Origin: Octopus sinensis
Taxonomy: Eukaryota
Direction of reading: 5' to 3'
Length of the DNA stretch: 64,000 bases
NCBI RefSeq assembly: GCF_006345805.1
Contig: NC_043025.1
Span: forward strand, 372,001-436,000
In this document: positions 1 through 12,989 of the stretch, piece by piece
Numbering within the stretch: the stretch's first letter is position 1
Layout: each line of letters begins with the position of its first letter
The notes under the pieces: generated by a model
What the model was told of the DNA's origin: nothing
What the model saw: the letters and a program-made list of their open reading frames with translations, nothing else
Databases searched by the model: none
Position numbers and translations under genes: made by a program

Positions 1-1898
1 TCGTCAGGGATGCCCCCTCTCGTCGCTTCTAAACGTATTGACTCTCGAGCCACTATTGCGGAAGCTGGCAACTCTGAGAGGCATCCCGTGAGAACTGGGA
101 TGCGGGACGAGCGTGTCTGCATACGCGGACGACGTCACCGTCATAGTGTCTAGCCACGAGCACATCGAGCAGGTCGGCGAGACACTGAAAAACTACGAAG
201 CAGTGACAGGAGCAAAAATCAACCGGGAAAAGTCAGTGGGCTTGCGACTAGGCACCTGGAGAAGCAAACCCATGCCGTCCACCAGCGCCTCCGTTGTGGG
301 ACGCTGGACCGACGGTCCGGTCGAGTTGCTCGGGGTCTGGTTCAGTCCGGACCTCCAAATGGAGAAGAACTGGAACGAGATAACGAGTAGGGTGGTCACT
401 CTCGCCCAGCAATGGGCCGAGAGGAAACTGTCCCTAAAAGGTCGGGCGGAGGTGGCGAACACGTACATCGCGTCCATCATCTACTACCGCCTGACCGTCG
501 TGCCTTGTTCCGACCCTACCGTCACCAAACTAGAACGTATTCTCTTTCGTTTCTTGTGGAAAGGATGCGTCCCGATGGTCTGACGATTCATTTGCTGCCA
601 ACTCCCGTTAAAAGGAGGGCTGGGCATGCCGTGGTTGATGATGCGCAGACATGCGCTGAGACTGCGACATCTCAGGCTCTTCGTAGACGACGGTGAACAG
701 GTGTGGTCACCGTTTGTGAGGCACGCGTTCCCGCAGCTCGTCTCCATGACCGAAATGCAATCGTAGATCAAAATGAGGCCGAGGAAGGGCGAATGGCATC
801 GCGAGTGTCGCGTTGCTCTCAAGCAACTTTGCCGTCTTGGGTCAACCTCGAGTGACTCCATCACAACCAAAGCATTCTATAGGGGATTAGTGGAGGAGAG
901 GTACGACGATGAGCTCGGGGCGAACCTGGACGTCGACGAGGAATACCTAACCCGCCTTTTCGGGACTACTTTCGGGCCAGGGCCCATGGACAACTTCCAG
1001 AGATCCCTGGCCTGGCAGTGCTACCGAGAAGCGCTACCCGTTCGGGATAAGCTCTACAGACACGGCTCGAGAAACATGGGGCCGACCTGCCCGAGATGCG
1101 GTCAGAGCGACGAAACTGTTCTGCACGCACTCGTGCAGTGTCCAACAATTTCCGACCTGTGGGCTTATGTCGAACAACTGCTGTTACGTGTGGGACGAGT
1201 TGGTTTATCAGCTGAGTCTATTGTCAATATTGTCACGCCTCCTTCCTTCAAACGGGAAGGAAGAGCTATTTTCATCATCCTTGTGGCTATGGCGAAAGAA
1301 ATGCATCTGGTGGACGCGTCTGAAAGGATTGGAGAGAAACACTTTCCTCTCTGGTCAATCTCTCATCAACTTCTTCAAGTATCACTTGAAGAGGAAAGTG
1401 AGAGTAGAGAGGCAAGTTTTGTCTAGTGAATGTTTTAAAAAAAGATGGGTGACTTTAGCAAGGATGGCACGTATGAATGACGAAGCCACCTTGAGCATAA
1501 TCCTATGAACCCAGAAATTGAAAACAGAGGATTACCCACTTGCAAACAAATGTGGTAACATATAACAATATTGACCGAGGTTACCGTTGTCTTTTTCGTA
1601 GGCTTTTCTTCCCACGGATAAACCTTATCTGCCTCCCCCTTTACACCGTACATCATGACACTGTGATACACGATCCCTATTGATCGTTTATGTTCCTCTT
1701 CCCCTTTTTCCTCTTTTTTCTTCTTTTTTTTTTTCTTTTCTTTTGTTTCTTTTCCTTTTTTATCTTTTTTTCTTTTCCCCCTTTTACGATCCCTTTTGAT
1801 CGAAAACCTACGCCACTTTTTTTTCTTCCCCCAAAAGAAAAGCTCTGCCTTGTAATTTGTCCCATCTGTGTGCAGCCCTGTGTGGCTAATAAAGAAAC

Positions 1899-1899
<1 letters not shown>
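1..1899 (+). mobile_element. Tx1/L1-clade LINE, 3' part of ORF2 (RT, zf-RVT) plus 3' UTR; disrupted
   Basis: Motifs RQGCPLS and SAYADDVTV, C-terminal CPRCGQSDETVLHALVQC zinc knuckle; in-frame stops and frameshifts; ends AATAAAGAAAC into (TATC)n. Confidence 0.85.
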
Positions 1900-1953
<54 letters not shown>

Positions 1954-1962
1954 CCTATCTAT
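1900..1962. repeat. (TATC)n microsatellite
   Basis: Direct reading. Confidence 0.95.
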
Positions 1963-2069
1963 TGATGTCGATCTCTCTACGTCTCAGTTACTCTCTCTCC
2001 CTCTCCCTCTCTCTCTCTCTGTCTCTCTTTTTTCCCTTATTATATATATATCGCTATATAACTCCGGCT

Positions 2070-2300
2070 TAATTGTTTATTGCCTACAAGGGGCTAAACA
2101 TAGAGGGGACGAACAAGGACAGACAAACGGATTAAGTCGATTTCATCGACCCCAGTGCGTAACTGGTACTTATTTAATCGACCCCGAAATGATGAAAGGC
2201 GAAGTCCACTTCGGCGGAATTTGAACTCAGAACGTAACGGTGGACGAAATGCCACAAAGCATTTGGTCCGGCGTGCTAACGTTTCTGCCAGCTCGCCGCC
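2070..2300 (-). mobile_element. tRNA-derived SINE (GGCGGCGAGCTGGCAG... family)
   Basis: Reverse complement matches the copies at 42165-42600; B-box-like GTTCAAATTCC. Confidence 0.85.
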
Positions 2301-2319
2301 ATCTTATTGATTCTCTTAC

Positions 2320-2680
2320 TTCAAATTTTTTTTTTCTCACATCCGCTTTCTCCCCCCTCTCTCTCTCTCTCTCTTTCCTACCCTCTCCCCCTCTCTCTCT
2401 CTCTATTCCTCGCATCTACATCATATATTCGAGTTATCCCTCTTTCTCTCCTTTCTCTCACCATCTCGTTACACATTCATTTCAATCTCTCCACCTCCCT
2501 TGCTACATCACTTACCTTATCCTCTCCCTCACTTGCCGCAACTCTATGTCTCATACTCACACCCTCTCTTTCTCTGTTACCCCCATGCATTAACCTATCA
2601 CACCCCGCCCTCTCCCTTTTCCCACTCCCCCCACCGCATTATACATTACCCTTTCCCTCTTCCTTTAATTTTATTTCTCA
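2320..2680. repeat. CT-rich low-complexity tract
   Basis: Degenerate (CT)n; a similar tract lies at ~3310-3700. Confidence 0.85.
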
Positions 2681-3704
2681 GACGCTTCTGTCCTTCTAAT
2701 AAATTATATTTTCAGATTTGCCTTAAAATTGTTTTCTTGTTTACGTTGATTACTAACTAATTAATTATTTAATTAATTTAATGAAAATAGTTCAGTCATT
2801 GAAGGACAATTTAAGAAACCTTTATTAAAAGAACTGTCTTATAGAGGACTTCACTTTATGCTAGAAATAACTGTCAATTGCACAGAAATTTGTGTTCTTT
2901 TTCATAGAGAACTGAAAGGTCTTAAAGAATCATAAATCTGCCCCCGTCAAAGTGGTCAGTATTGATGCTGAAAACACAAACCAAGGGACTTCAAATTCCC
3001 TTTGTTTATCCTTTGTTATGTATGTAAGTGAAGGATAACTTCAGAAAACTTTATGAAACAATCTGACCCCTATATTGTCTCGCATCATTCAAGAAAGACC
3101 AACGATGCTTCGTATTGTACTACAGGTGGTCCGGTATCTTGCTAGAAATAATAGCTCATTGTATCATTTTCATGCACGACTGAAGGATACTTTAAAAAGC
3201 ATCTGGAGAAATATTGTCCATCTGGTGGTCTTACGTGATGCTAGAAATAACAGCCACGTACGCTAAAATTTTGTATTGTTTTCCTATAAGAAATAAGGAC
3301 ACTTAAAAAACCCTCTACACACACACACACATATCCTTCGCTGTGCTTCTCCAATTCTTTCACTCCCTCTCTCAACCGATACACTCCCTCTCCCATCGTT
3401 GTCTCAGAGGAGACCCCCTCACTCTCTCTCTCTCTCTCTCTCTCTCCTCTCTACCACCTCATATATCATAATATCCCTCTACTTCTTTTGCTTTCTCGCC
3501 CACGTCAATCCCTCCCCCCTCAATTTCCAAACCTCTCTCTCTCCCCCCACCTCATTATATGACTACGCCTTCTTTGCTTTTATCTCTTACCTCATACTTT
3601 CCCTCTTTTGCTAAGCTTATATATCCCTCTTTACTCCCTTTCTATCTCTCTCTCTATCAGTCTCTCTCTCTCTCTCTCTCTCTGTCGCTTTGTCTGTCTC
3701 ATTA

Positions 3705-3804
3705 NNNNNNNNNNNNNNNNNNNNNNNNNNNNNNNNNNNNNNNNNNNNNNNNNNNNNNNNNNNNNNNNNNNNNNNNNNNNNNNNNNNNNNNNNNNNNNNN
3801 NNNN
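3705..3804. other. Assembly gap (100 N)
   Basis: Run of N. Confidence 1.
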
Positions 3805-3949
3805 AGTCTAGGAATGTGTCGAACAAATGATGATAAACAAATGTCAGAGGTGCGGGAGCATAGGAGGAACCTAATTTCACTGTAGCTAGACTAGAAGAAA
3901 GCCTTTCACTGTGTCCCCAACCTATAGATGCTAGAAGCCTTTCGGCTTG

Positions 3950-6900
3950 CTAAAGTTTCAGTGAACATTGTAAAAGCCATAGCTGACCTGACTTCATCTT
4001 AGGTCTCCATCTTGAAGCTAAATACAAGGAATGATTGTATTATAAGATACAGTATCACAGAAGTATATTCCAAGGGGATAGCCTCTCTGTGACGCTGTTT
4101 ATACTCTTTGTACCCCCACACCCGTCATTCATGCTAAGAAAATCTGAACGGTATCTCACCGGTTCACAAGGAAACAGAACTACCAAAATTACACACTGTT
4201 TTTTTTTTGTGAATGACTTGAAACTATATGCAAAGACTATAAATGAGATGAAGAAAAGCCTTGACCTGCTTACAACATTCTCAAAGGATATGGTAATGGA
4301 GTCTGGTTAGTATAAATGTTACTATAAGGTTGGGAAAAAAGGAAAACTGTAAACCAGAGTAGCAACATCTCCATCAATGACTTAACCGTTTCCCCTGTAT
4401 CTGATAAAGAATGTTACAGGTATCTGGTGGGGTGGATGAAAACATATTTTACGTTGGCACCTGTAACAAAACACGTGTCACTAAAATATATTACAGTCGA
4501 ATAAAGAATATAAGGATTTCAGAATTCACTGCTTTCAATAAAACAATGGTCCACAATTTGTTTACATATTCAGACCAACATGTGGGCTATTTGATTGGTT
4601 GCTTGATGAAATTCGAACCATTGCTGTGAAAATCCCGAAGATATTAAGCAGCACAACTATTTTCTATATCAACAGCGACGTACGAGGGACGTTCAATAAG
4701 TAATGCCTCTGACCCACTTGCAGTTGTTTGATCTAGCTGAAATTTTGCATGTGCAATCATTTATATCTCTATAGAGTAAGTGGCAAATTACAGCTGAATT
4801 AATTGTGGTTTCTGATTTACAGGTGTTTGAACCGAGTCAAGTGTGAAATGGAGCCTGTTGAGTGTCGAGCAGTGATCCGGTTTTTGTATTTGAAAGGACG
4901 CACACCACGGGAGACTTTTGGTGAAATGAAAGTAACTTATGGTGATGATGCCCCATCATATGACCTTGTAAAACGCTGGCATCGTGAATTCAAACAGGGT
5001 CGGAACTCTGTGGAAACAGCTCCCAGATCTGGTCGCCCCCTTCTGCCATTGATGAGGCATCTGTCCGTCAAGTTGAGGCTGCCATTTTGGAAGATCGACG
5101 CATAATTATTCGCCAAATAGCCCATGAGGTCAAGATTAGTACCGGGTCTGTGGAAACTATCATTCATGACCATTTGCATATGCAAAAGGTGTCTGCCAGA
5201 TGGATTCCCAGGTTGCTCACGCCTTTCCAGAAGCAAGAACGCGTCGAGTGCTCGAGGGTGAATTTGGAGATGTGCCAAGAAGATGAGTCAAAATTTTTCA
5301 AAAGACTGATTACACAGGATGAAACCTGGGTCCATCACTATGATCCAGGGACCAAAGCCCAGTCAATGCAGTGGAAGCACCGTGACTCACCCCCTCCAAA
5401 GAAGGCAAGGGTGAAGCCCTCCGCTGGCAAGGTCATGTTCACAGTCCTCTGGGACCAGGACGGAGTAGTGATGACAGATTTCCTGGCAAAGGGTACCACA
5501 ATTGCAGGAGCCTATTATGCTTCACTTTTGAGGAAATTAAGAGAAGTTATCAAAATCAAGAGGCGGGGCAAGATCAGCAAAGGCATCTTCCTCCTGCAGG
5601 ACAACGCTCCGGTCCACAACTCGCTTGTCGCCAGATCAGAAGCACAGGCGTATGGCTATGAACTCCTCTCCATCCCCCTACTTTCCTGACCTTGCACCCT
5701 CTGATTTTCACCTCTTCCCAATCATGAAGTTGTTTTTGAAAGGAAAGCGTTTCCCAGATGATGCAGCCTTGATTTCTGAAGTCACGTTGAGGTTGGAGGA
5801 CCAAGCTGGGTTCTTCTACAAAAACTGTCTCCAGAGCCGCATCAAACGATGGGAGAAATGCGTAACTCTGGGTGGTTCCTATGTAGAAAAAGACTAATAA
5901 CTGTGCCAAGTTTCGTTGCCCTACTGCTATGGGAAGTGGGTCAGGGGCATTACTTATTGAACGCCCCTCGTAGGTCACCTCTACCTAAAATGAAAACAAG
6001 GTTGAACACGCTTAACATCGATCCAGACTGCCTTTGAATGTCGTATTAAAATCCTTTCAGCAACATTTTTTAACCACCAAGTGTTGAAGTGCATCACTTG
6101 ACCAAATTTGCATACACGAGACAGATAACACTGTTCAAAGATGTCGCACGACTCTAACGCAACATATCATCAAATGAAAGGATGCGCGTATATCAGCAGA
6201 AGATCATGCATGGATAAGTTTGAAGAAAGCACCGGGATGATTGTAACATTGATCATAAAAGCAATCTACCATGGACCAACGACCGGACTGCAAACTCTCA
6301 CACTGACCGCTATGCTTTTGCAATTCAAGAATAGGAAGTATCAGTCAAATGCTTGATGCACAAAAGGTTCAAAGACGCTGGTAAAATACCAAAATATGAT
6401 AAACGATGCAGACTTTCTGGAGTTAACACCATGCTGTCACCCACATCATAAGCAGTTGTTCGAAAACGTCATCGCAGTATTATCAACCGATGTGATATGA
6501 TGTGACTAAGACACTGTATAACAAAATCCGTCGGAAGGATAACCCTGAGCCCAAAGAAATAAGAATCCACATTTTCGTAGAGGACATAGCCACTCATAAT
6601 AAGAAGGAGTACTGATGGAATGTCCCAGTGAAAAGCCTCAATAAAATTTAAGCATAATAAGACTGACATAGTGATGGAAAAGGGAAACTGTGTGCAGTTG
6701 TGGAAATTAGCTGTTCAGCGGATGTTAACATAAAGATCAGCGAAAAAGAGAATACCTACGCTGAATTATTGAGAAATATACTGTTACTCTACCCCGATTA
6801 CAAGTTCAGGGTTATATCTCTAATTATTGCGGTACTGGAATATATAACACGTTGCCTAAGTACCATTCATGAGAAATTGGGCTTCTCGAAACCAGGAAGG

Positions 6901-6990
6901 GAAAAGTTGATTCGAAGACTTTGAATCTAGGTTAAAAATCGGGTCTTTCTCTATTGGCAAGAAATCTCGAAATGAAACTGAATAAGGACC
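3950..6990 (+). mobile_element. Old R4/Dong-like LINE remnant (RT to RLE), interrupted by a mariner
   Basis: SIFQGDSLS, FVNDLKLY, INSD|VGHLYL across the insertion, RLE-like MEISCSADVNIKISEKENTY. Confidence 0.7.
4681..5972 (+). mobile_element. Full-length mariner (DD34D) transposon with TIRs and TA duplication; transposase frameshifted only in C runs
   Basis: ~35-bp TIRs TACGAGGGACGTTCAATAAGTAATGCC / GGCATTACTTATTGAACGCCCCTCGTA; WIPRLL, QDETW, QDNAP, PDLAPSD motifs; 1292 bp. Confidence 0.95.
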
Positions 6991-7034
6991 TACATAATAT
7001 ACGCACTCGTATATTAACATTTATGCAGGTTTTT

Positions 7035-7465
7035 TTTTTTACTTGTTTCAGTGATTAGACTGCGGCTATGCTGGAGCAGCTTGAATAATTTTCAGTCGAG
7101 CAAATCAACCCCAGTATTTATTTTTTGAAACTTGGTACTTATTTTATCGGACACTTTTGCTGAACCCCTAGGTTACAGGGACGCAAACACACCAATACCG
7201 GTTGCCAAGAGGTAGTGGGAGACAAATACAGACGCAAGCACGCATGCACAAATGTGCGCACGCACAAACACATACACACGTACACACACACACACACCAC
7301 ACACACACACACCACACACACACACACACCACACACACACATATATATATGCACACACACCAAATCTTCTCACAAAGCTTTTGTCTGCCAGAGACAATAG
7401 CAGAAGACAGCTGCCTCGGTGCCACGCAGTGGGATTGAACCCGGTACCGTGTTGTTGCAAAGCAT
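7035..7465 (-). mobile_element. tRNA-derived CORE-like SINE with internal (CA)n
   Basis: GGTTCAATCCCACTGCGTGGCACC head on the minus strand; same family as 56498-57000. Confidence 0.75.
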
Positions 7466-7597
7466 ATACACGAATGAGTGGATAAACGAAGAAAGAGTTT
7501 GATTGAGTTCGTTGCTATTTCAAGTTTCGAAGGCCCATAACAAGATCCCAACTCTTCTAGAATACCGATTCGGCATATGTACACATACGGGAAGGTG

Positions 7598-7830
7598 CGT
7601 GGCTTAATGGCCAAAGTATTCAACACATTCCACTCAAGATCTGAAAGTCCTGAGATCGCTTCTCAGTGATGGCTTTTGCCGTCGAGAAGAACACTATTTC
7701 TCGTTGCTCCGGTCCACTCAACTGGCAAAAATGAGTTTTCCAAAGGCCCAGCCTGGTAACGTTCGTTGTGTCACTCTGAATTTCCCAGGGAACCAAGTTA
7801 AATTGTACGTGTGACAGTGAAGTGCTCAAT
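7598..7830 (+). mobile_element. Degenerate tRNA-derived SINE
   Basis: GCGTGGCTTAATGG head and TTGCTCCGGTCCACTCAACTGGCAAAAATGAG central domain. Confidence 0.55.
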
Positions 7831-7943
7831 CACATGCTCTTTAATTTCAAAAGTACGCTGTTCTGTTGATCGAATCAACTGGAACACTCCTTGTAACCGA
7901 CAGAGAGCCAAGGTATATATGCACATATATACATATATGCACG

Positions 7944-7946
<3 letters not shown>

Positions 7947-8009
<63 letters not shown>

Positions 8010-8010
8010 C
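7947..8010. repeat. (AG)n microsatellite
   Basis: Direct reading. Confidence 0.95.
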
Positions 8011-8029
8011 ACACACATACACATGCGTA

Positions 8030-8948
8030 TACATACATATAATTCTTTGTTTTATAACAATGAAGAGTTACATCATCACTTTTCTGATAACATTGTGAGT
8101 TTTCTCTTGTAAATCAATTTTTGTGAACCCATGCATAGATCAAAAATTTGTGTTGTTTATGAATATGAGTTCAGTCGTGGAACCAATGCATTCCAGGCAG
8201 CTCGAAGCATCAACGAGGTTTTTGGTGAAGATGTGGCGAATGAGCGCACTGTACAGCAGTGGTTTGAGAAGTTCCGGTCTGGTGATTCTTGAAAATCAGC
8301 CTCGAGGTAGACCTGAGACCAAGGTGGATAATGATGAACTGGAAACTGTAGTGGAAGCGAATACATTTCAAACTACGCGTGTGTTAGCAGCAAGGTTTGA
8401 TGTTTTGATTCCACCTGTTTTGTACCATCTGAAACAAATCGGCTGGGTAAAGAATCATGGACAAGTAGGTACTACACAGACTGAACGAACGTCAAATGAC
8501 ACGTCGCATTGAAACTTGTTCTTTACTATCACAACATAAAAGTGAACCATTTTTGCATCGTGTTGCTAACTGTGAGGAAAAATGGATTCTTTTCAACAGT
8601 AGCAAGCGTTCTGCACGGTGGTTGGATAGAGACGAAATGCCAAAACATAATCCAAAAAAGAATATTTATCAAAAATATTTAATGGTCTGTTTGGTGGACC
8701 AGCGCTGGTATCACCCACTACAGATTCATGAGACCTGGTAAGTCAATTACAGCGGATGTATACATCAACTAGTTGGATGAAATGATGAGTGAACTTGCAA
8801 TTAAACAACTGAGATTGGTCAACAGAGACAGGCCAATTCTCTTGCAATACCATGTTCGACCACATGTTGCAGAAAGAACGCTATTCAAGTTACAGGAACT
8901 GAAGTAGGAAGTACTCTGTCATCCACCATATTCATCAGATCTTGCATC
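8030..8948 (+). mobile_element. Decayed mariner (Hsmar1/cecropia-like) transposase remnant
   Basis: YEFSRGTNAFQAARSINEVFGEDVANERTVQQWFEKFRSG, PRGRP, EEKWI, PPYSSDLA. Confidence 0.85.
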
Positions 8949-9079
8949 ACACAGGTGGAAATATAGCAAAAATAGAAGTTAAAAATGCGCCACTGAGAAT
9001 AGTTAAAATATATTCTTATTATATTTAAAGATTTAACCGGTTTCACAGTTTACACTGATTTTCAAGAAGTTGAAATAGA

Positions 9080-9431
9080 AATATGAGGCTTATGTCGCGC
9101 TTGTCTCGGTTTTGATGCTGTGATGAAACCACCACTCTCCACTTTGCCACTGGTCGGAATGTTTTCGTCTCGCCGTGTTTTGCAAACGCTTCAGAACCAC
9201 CAAGCAAAAATATCTGGTTAACAGTTTGTCCAGGAGGAACAAATTCTGTGTGGACAATTCTTTTCGAATCGGTCAAACAAATCATTATCGTCTTGAATTT
9301 GGACTCCACTTGACTCATTTTGGGGGTGGGGCGTGGTGATATCGAATGCTTCCATCGAATTGATTGCTGTATCATTTCCGGGTTGTGGCTATAGCACCAG
9401 CTTTCGTCACTAGTGAGGGCCTTCAAAAAAA
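9080..9431 (-). mobile_element. Mariner remnant, catalytic-domain half (continues at 12376-12971)
   Basis: LKALTSDESWCYSHNPE...HTEFVPPGQTVN. Confidence 0.85.
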
Positions 9432-12375
9432 TTAAAAAAATAAAAATAAGAATGTATCCGGGCAGATATATCCGGTACAACAATCATAATAACAGCAAAT
9501 ATCCAGGGTCTTTATCCGAAAACAAAACAGTGTAAAGTCCCTTTCTTGGAAGAATTAGCAACAGAAAACAACTCCAAAATAATTGGAATTACTGAAAGTC
9601 ATCTCCACGAAAACATCCGCAACAGCGAAATCACAATCAATAGATTCAACATCTTCAGATGTGATAGACAAGGCAGATCCCATGGGGGCGTTATCATGTA
9701 TATCCATGATACCTATGCATGCATAGAACTTGTCAATGAATCAAATGCCTACTGCAACCTGCTGTGCATAAAAATCATCCAACTTAATACAGTTGTAACA
9801 ATAATGTACAGACCGCCAAACAGCCCAACATTATCCTTCACTGAGCCACTGACGAAGCTCCAACAAATTCTGGGAAACATGGTAAGTCCAATGCCAGACA
9901 TTATCCTCCTTGGTGACTTCAACTTCCCTAACATCATCTGGCCACATGGACACATACTAAAACTGGGGACAAAAGCTGAACAAATACAGGCAGCCAAACT
10001 GTTGGAAGTCACAGAGAAATTATACCTCAAACAAATGATGACAGAAGCAACAAGAAATAATAATACGATCGACTTGGTTTTCACCAACAACGAGGACACG
10101 CTATTTGACCTTCACTCAACCCCAACAATCCTTTCAGACCACAATATTATTGAAATGCATTTACACATTGGTAATGAGCCCAATGCCACAACTCTTAAAC
10201 AAAAGGACATGCCAAAGCTATGCAGGTATGATTATCACCAGGCAAATTGGGAAACTATTAACAACCAGTTACAAATCATTGACTGGGATCTCTACCTTAC
10301 TGGGCCAGATAAACACAAGAAATTCTTAAACAAGATCGAAGAAATATGTGAAAAAAATGTTCCTCTAAAGAAAACCAAGTCCACAAAAAAACCTGTACCA
10401 CGGGAGCGAAAGATCCTGATGCGCAAAAGGTCAAGACTAAGAAACAAAACATCTAAGCTGACATCAAAACATGAATTACAGAAAGTCCTTGACCAATATA
10501 CAGATTAGAAGACAATCTAAAACAACACTATGATGAAGAATGTAACAATGCAGAAAAGAGAGCCATAGAAAACATCAAGAAAAATCCAAAATGTTTCTAC
10601 AGTTTTGCAAAGAAATACTCGAACACCAAGTCAACAATAGGACCTCTCCAGAGACAAAATGGGGATGTAGTGAATAACCCTATTGAAATGGCAGAAATGT
10701 TGGGTCAACAGTATGAAAGTGTCTTCAGTGAGCCATCTAAAACCATGAAGATCCATGACCAGGAAAATTCTTCAAGGATATCGACCATACTAAACCTACC
10801 CTATCCGACATTGATTTCAACCCAGAAGACATAGCAAGAGCCATAGACAAGCTCTCCATGCACTCGGCTGCGGGGCCTGACGGTTTCAATGCCATGATAC
10901 TTAAAAACTGCAAGGTACAATTGTCGAAACCCCTTTACATGATATGGAGGGAATCTATGGAGAATGGCAAAATACCAAATACATATAAAGAAGCACACAT
11001 AACTCCAATACATAAAGGGGACAGCAAATCAAAACCAAAGAACTACCGACCAATCTCACTGACATCACACATTATCAAGGTCTTCGAAAGAATAGTTCGT
11101 GGAAAACTGGTTGAGTTCCTGGAATTCAACAATCTGATGAATTGCAACCAGCATGGATTCAGGTTAGGTAGATCATGCCTAAGCTAGGAGTAGGAGGAAA
11201 AGTTGGTACATGGATACATGAGTTCCTTACAAATAGAACTCAAACAGTCACTGTGAATGGAACCCATTCAACACCATCACCTGTGACCAGCAGTGTTCCT
11301 CAGGGTACAGTACTCGGCCCAATCCTGTTTCTCATCCTCATCTCTGACATAGATGAAGATACAACCAGCAACGTCTCATCCTTTGCTGATGACACCAGGG
11401 TCATGAGACAAATCAAAGACGAGGTGGATACAGAGGCCTTACAAAAGGACCTGACCACCATATATAAATGGCAGGAAACAAACAACATGTTGTTCAATGA
11501 TAAGAAGTTTGAACTAATTCGCTACGGAACAGATCAAGATCTGAAAAATACAACAAACTACAGAAACCCATCAGGACAACAAATAATGGAAAAACAGTAT
11601 GTGAAAGATTTAGGCATCTACATGGGAACCAACCTAAAATTCAGAGAACACCTTGACTCAGTCTGTCTTACTGCAAGAAAGTACAGCGGGTGGATCTTGC
11701 GCACCTTCAAATCAAGAGATACCTCAACAATGAAAACCCTCTGGAACAGTATGATACTTCCGAGGATTGACTACTGTTCTCAGTTGTGGTCACCAACAAC
11801 AAAGGGCCAACTATCTAAGATAGAATCGCTCCAAAGAAATTTTACCTCATACTTCTCAGAAACGAGGGACCTGGACTATTGGCAAAGACTCAAAACCTTG
11901 AGGATGTACTCAATAGAAAGAAGATTTGAGCGATACCGAATTATATACATTATATACATTTGGAAAATGATAGAGCAGAAGGTGCCAAACTTTGGTATCA
12001 CTGCGCCACCGAAGACGCTGCCAGCTGCCACCAATCAACAAAAAGGCTGGCCAGGCAGCAAAAACCCTGCGAGAATCAAGTCTGTTGGTTCGAGGAGCAC
12101 AACTGTTCAACTCCATTCCGGTACATGTCAGAAATCTATCAGGATGCAGTGTGGAATCATTCAAATTGCAACTGGATAGATACTTAAGCACCATTAGAGA
12201 TGAACCCCATCTCCCAGGATATACACAACGAGCACAAACTGACTCAAACTCGCTCCTACACATGTCAAAATTAAGCAGAGAATACAACCTGGCAACCACA
12301 CCAGACTCTGAGGGTGGAGTCTTCGACTTGGCCTGAGCATGGACTCAAACCCAAACGAAATGAAATGAAATGAAG
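9432..12375 (+). mobile_element. CR1-clade LINE ORF2 (APE endonuclease + RT), disrupted, (GAAAT)n tail
   Basis: GITESHL, LLGDFN, DLVFT, SDHN (APE); NYRPISLTS, QHGF, PQGTVLGP, FADD (RT); internal RT deletion at ~11180. Confidence 0.92.
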
Positions 12376-12971
12376 AAAAAAAAGAAAGGTTCGGATCAAA
12401 TTCCAACTCATCTTTCATTTCACGAAACGCATTTATTCGTGACTGTTTTTGAACTTTCGTGTGCAAGTGAGGCACAAATTTTGCTGTAACTCTTCATTCG
12501 CAATTCCTCGCTCAAAATTCACTGGAAGAAGTTCCAGGACACACCAGTTATATCAACACGTTCGTCAAGTGTTCGGTGACGGTCCTCCAAGATCAGTTCA
12601 TGAAAGTTCGTGATGTTTTCCTAAAGCGTGAAAACCACTCGTAAACTTGTATTTTGCTCCTCATGGCAGAATCCTTGTAAGCTGTTTGAAGCATAACAAC
12701 TGTTTCGGCTGCCGTTTTCCAAGCAGAAAAAAAACAGAATTTCACGGAAGCACGCTGTCCCTTCGTTTCATCCATCGCAATAATCTACGAACAGGGGAAA
12801 GCACCGCAAATCAAAGACGTGCCACGTGACAGTACGACTCCTGACGATGACGCTAGCCGGCACACTGATACCCGAGGGATGCATCAAGTGGCTTCTACTG
12901 GCGGAAGCTTAAACTACAACGGGTTTGTCCCGCAGAGGACGTTTCCGGTTACTTTTCGGTACCCCTTCGTA
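12376..12971 (-). mobile_element. Mariner remnant, 5' TIR and N-terminal half
   Basis: TIR TACGAAGGGGTACCGAAAAGTAACCGG; QRASVKFCF...YEWFSRF, KFVPHL, DPNLSF joining the 9431 piece. Confidence 0.8.
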
Positions 12972-12989
12972 TTGGTGTTGACAAATAGT

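Noticed and set aside
2070-2300. tRNA-like sequence
   Set aside because: SINE head with a long non-tRNA body, repeated elsewhere; no complete cloverleaf
2890-3030. Possible exon flanked by AG/GT
   Set aside because: Stops in all frames and no domain signature
1690-3700. Long ORFs rich in F/L/S/Y
   Set aside because: Translations of CT, TATC and T-rich microsatellites; many similar ORFs occur throughout the window
8123-8945. SETMAR-like host gene
   Set aside because: No SET domain or splice structure; multiple stops and frameshifts mark a plain mariner relic
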